From: Andalucia godoyi And28
Lineage: Eukaryota > Protista > Jakobida
Assembly: GCA_009859145.1 (NCBI GenBank)
Contig: VRVR01000007.1
Location: forward strand, 426,665-434,277
Length of the DNA stretch: 7,613 nucleotides
Direction of reading: 5' to 3'
Below, piece by piece: positions 6,688-7,613 of this stretch. How positions within the stretch are numbered: the stretch's first letter is position 1; the number at the start of each line of letters is the position of its first letter. The notes beneath the pieces were generated by a model, which saw nothing but the letters and a program-made list of their open reading frames with translations, did no database searches and was not told the origin of the DNA. A program made the translations under genes and the position numbers.

Positions 6688-7613
6688 TCATAACCCAATC
6701 CCTTCGATGGAGATCGGATGGCGGGACAGCTCCAGCACAAGATGGCTCCGGCCACGCGTAAGCTCCTGGAGCACCACATGAGAGCCAATAAGGTGTAGTG
6801 GCACGAGCTCTGAGGCGTTGGAACGGTGCCATCCTTTCCCTATATCCACCACCGCATATCCGGAGCTTCCATGAGGGGGCAAAGATGCGAAGCCTCGAAC
6901 CTGGGCAAAAGCCAGATGCATCCCTCTCGAATGTGATGCGGCGCAAATGAAGAATCGTTGAATCTCGCAATACAATTTCGGCCGAAACATGACAGACACT
7001 CGGCTGTTGCAAGATTTGGAAGACAACCCTGTCGCCATCAGTGAGGTGAGTTGCAGAGGCCCCCACTGGTTGCTGCACTTCACCCGACCGAAGCACAGCA
7101 GATCTCGACAGGGAACGTCGATTCTCCCTTCGAAGAACAATAAGTCATCCTCTGAGGTAATGTTTTTGGAACCAAACTCACGCATTGCTTGATGATATAG
7201 AAATCCGTAGTGCTGGTCAAAGGATGCTCTCCACTTCATGATCGCGGCGATTACCAGAGGAGATGCATTTTCTACTGTCATTTCTTGATCTTCGAATTCC
7301 ACATCTTCGGCACGGGCGTACTGATTCGAGTGCGGATGAAATACGAATCTTTGATTCGTTTCCCGAATGCTTCTGAACGATTCCAGATGCTCCCACACAG
7401 AACTGTTACCCAGACAGCATTCCATCTCAGACAAAAACAGTCTATGATGCAGTCCGTCGGAGAGTTGAGAAAATGCCTGATTCGGAGCGGTTATCAAAGC
7501 GGACGATTCTTTGATAAAGGCTTCGAGAGGGAATGTCCAGTGATGACACAGAGGTCCATGCCGCCTGGTAACCATCCCGACATGCAAGAGGGCGTGGAAC
7601 GCGAATCGACATT
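6688..7613 (-). CDS. C-terminal part of a CACTA/EnSpm-like transposase (5'-partial)
   Basis: The frame is open from the right edge (CRFAFHALLHVG...), so the track's TTG start at 7587 is not the true start. The motif FHALLHVGMVTRRHGPLCHHWTFPLE (7599-7522) resembles the CMC-type H..LH....R..GPL...W.F..E signature. A minus-strand AATAAA lies at 6655-6660, just past the stop. Confidence 0.75.
   Translation of the reverse strand, partial: CRFAFHALLHVGMVTRRHGPLCHHWTFPLEAFIKESSALITAPNQAFSQLSDGLHHRLFLSEMECCLGNSSVWEHLESFRSIRETNQRFVFHPHSNQYARAEDVEFEDQEMTVENASPLVIAAIMKWRASFDQHYGFLYHQAMREFGSKNITSEDDLLFFEGRIDVPCRDLLCFGRVKCSNQWGPLQLTSLMATGLSSKSCNSRVSVMFRPKLYCEIQRFFICAASHSRGMHLAFAQVRGFASLPPHGSSGYAVVDIGKGWHRSNASELVPLHLIGSHVVLQELTRGRSHLVLELSRHPISIEGIGL

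Larger units (their letters stand above)
6504..7613 (-). mobile_element. CACTA/EnSpm-like (CMC) DNA transposon, 3' portion
   Basis: A terminus CACTATTGGACAAAAA starts at 6504, followed by subterminal TCACCGA motifs in both orientations (6523, 6557, 6592) and then the 3' end of a CACTA-like transposase. The putative 3-bp TSD would be GAA (6501-6503); the partner end is outside the window. Confidence 0.75.

Noticed and set aside
6680-7192. ORFs 6680-7096 (minus) and 6989-7192 (plus)
   Set aside because: They are alternative-frame or antisense overlaps of the CACTA-like transposase with no motif support.

Overview
This is a eukaryotic, transposon-dense window, apparently intronless and probably from a microbial eukaryote; the taxon cannot be determined. 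Left to right: (1) the 5' half of a hAT DNA transposon. Its transposase frame (1272 to <1, minus strand) is absent from the ORF track because it has no stop in the window. It has a BED finger, hAT core motifs, a TAGGG-type terminus at 1509 and GTCGGC subterminal repeats. (2) A ~3.06-kb cassette (1662-4725) bounded by 201-bp inverted repeats with 3 mismatches and no transposase. It carries two intact convergent genes: a HAD-like/type I phosphoribosyltransferase (PRTase) fusion and a SLOG-superfamily (Smf/DprA-LOG) protein. This domain pairing parallels the bacterial ShosTA anti-phage toxin-antitoxin module and is the main finding. (3) A decayed SWIM zinc-finger gene, probably a Mutator-like remnant, broken by in-frame TAG stops and a 28-bp tandem duplication. 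(4) A short TTTAGGG telomere-like repeat. (5) The 3' part of a CACTA/EnSpm-like transposon, with its transposase C-terminus, a CACTA terminus at 6504 and a subterminal hairpin. All protein family calls come from motif recognition by eye, not from database searches.
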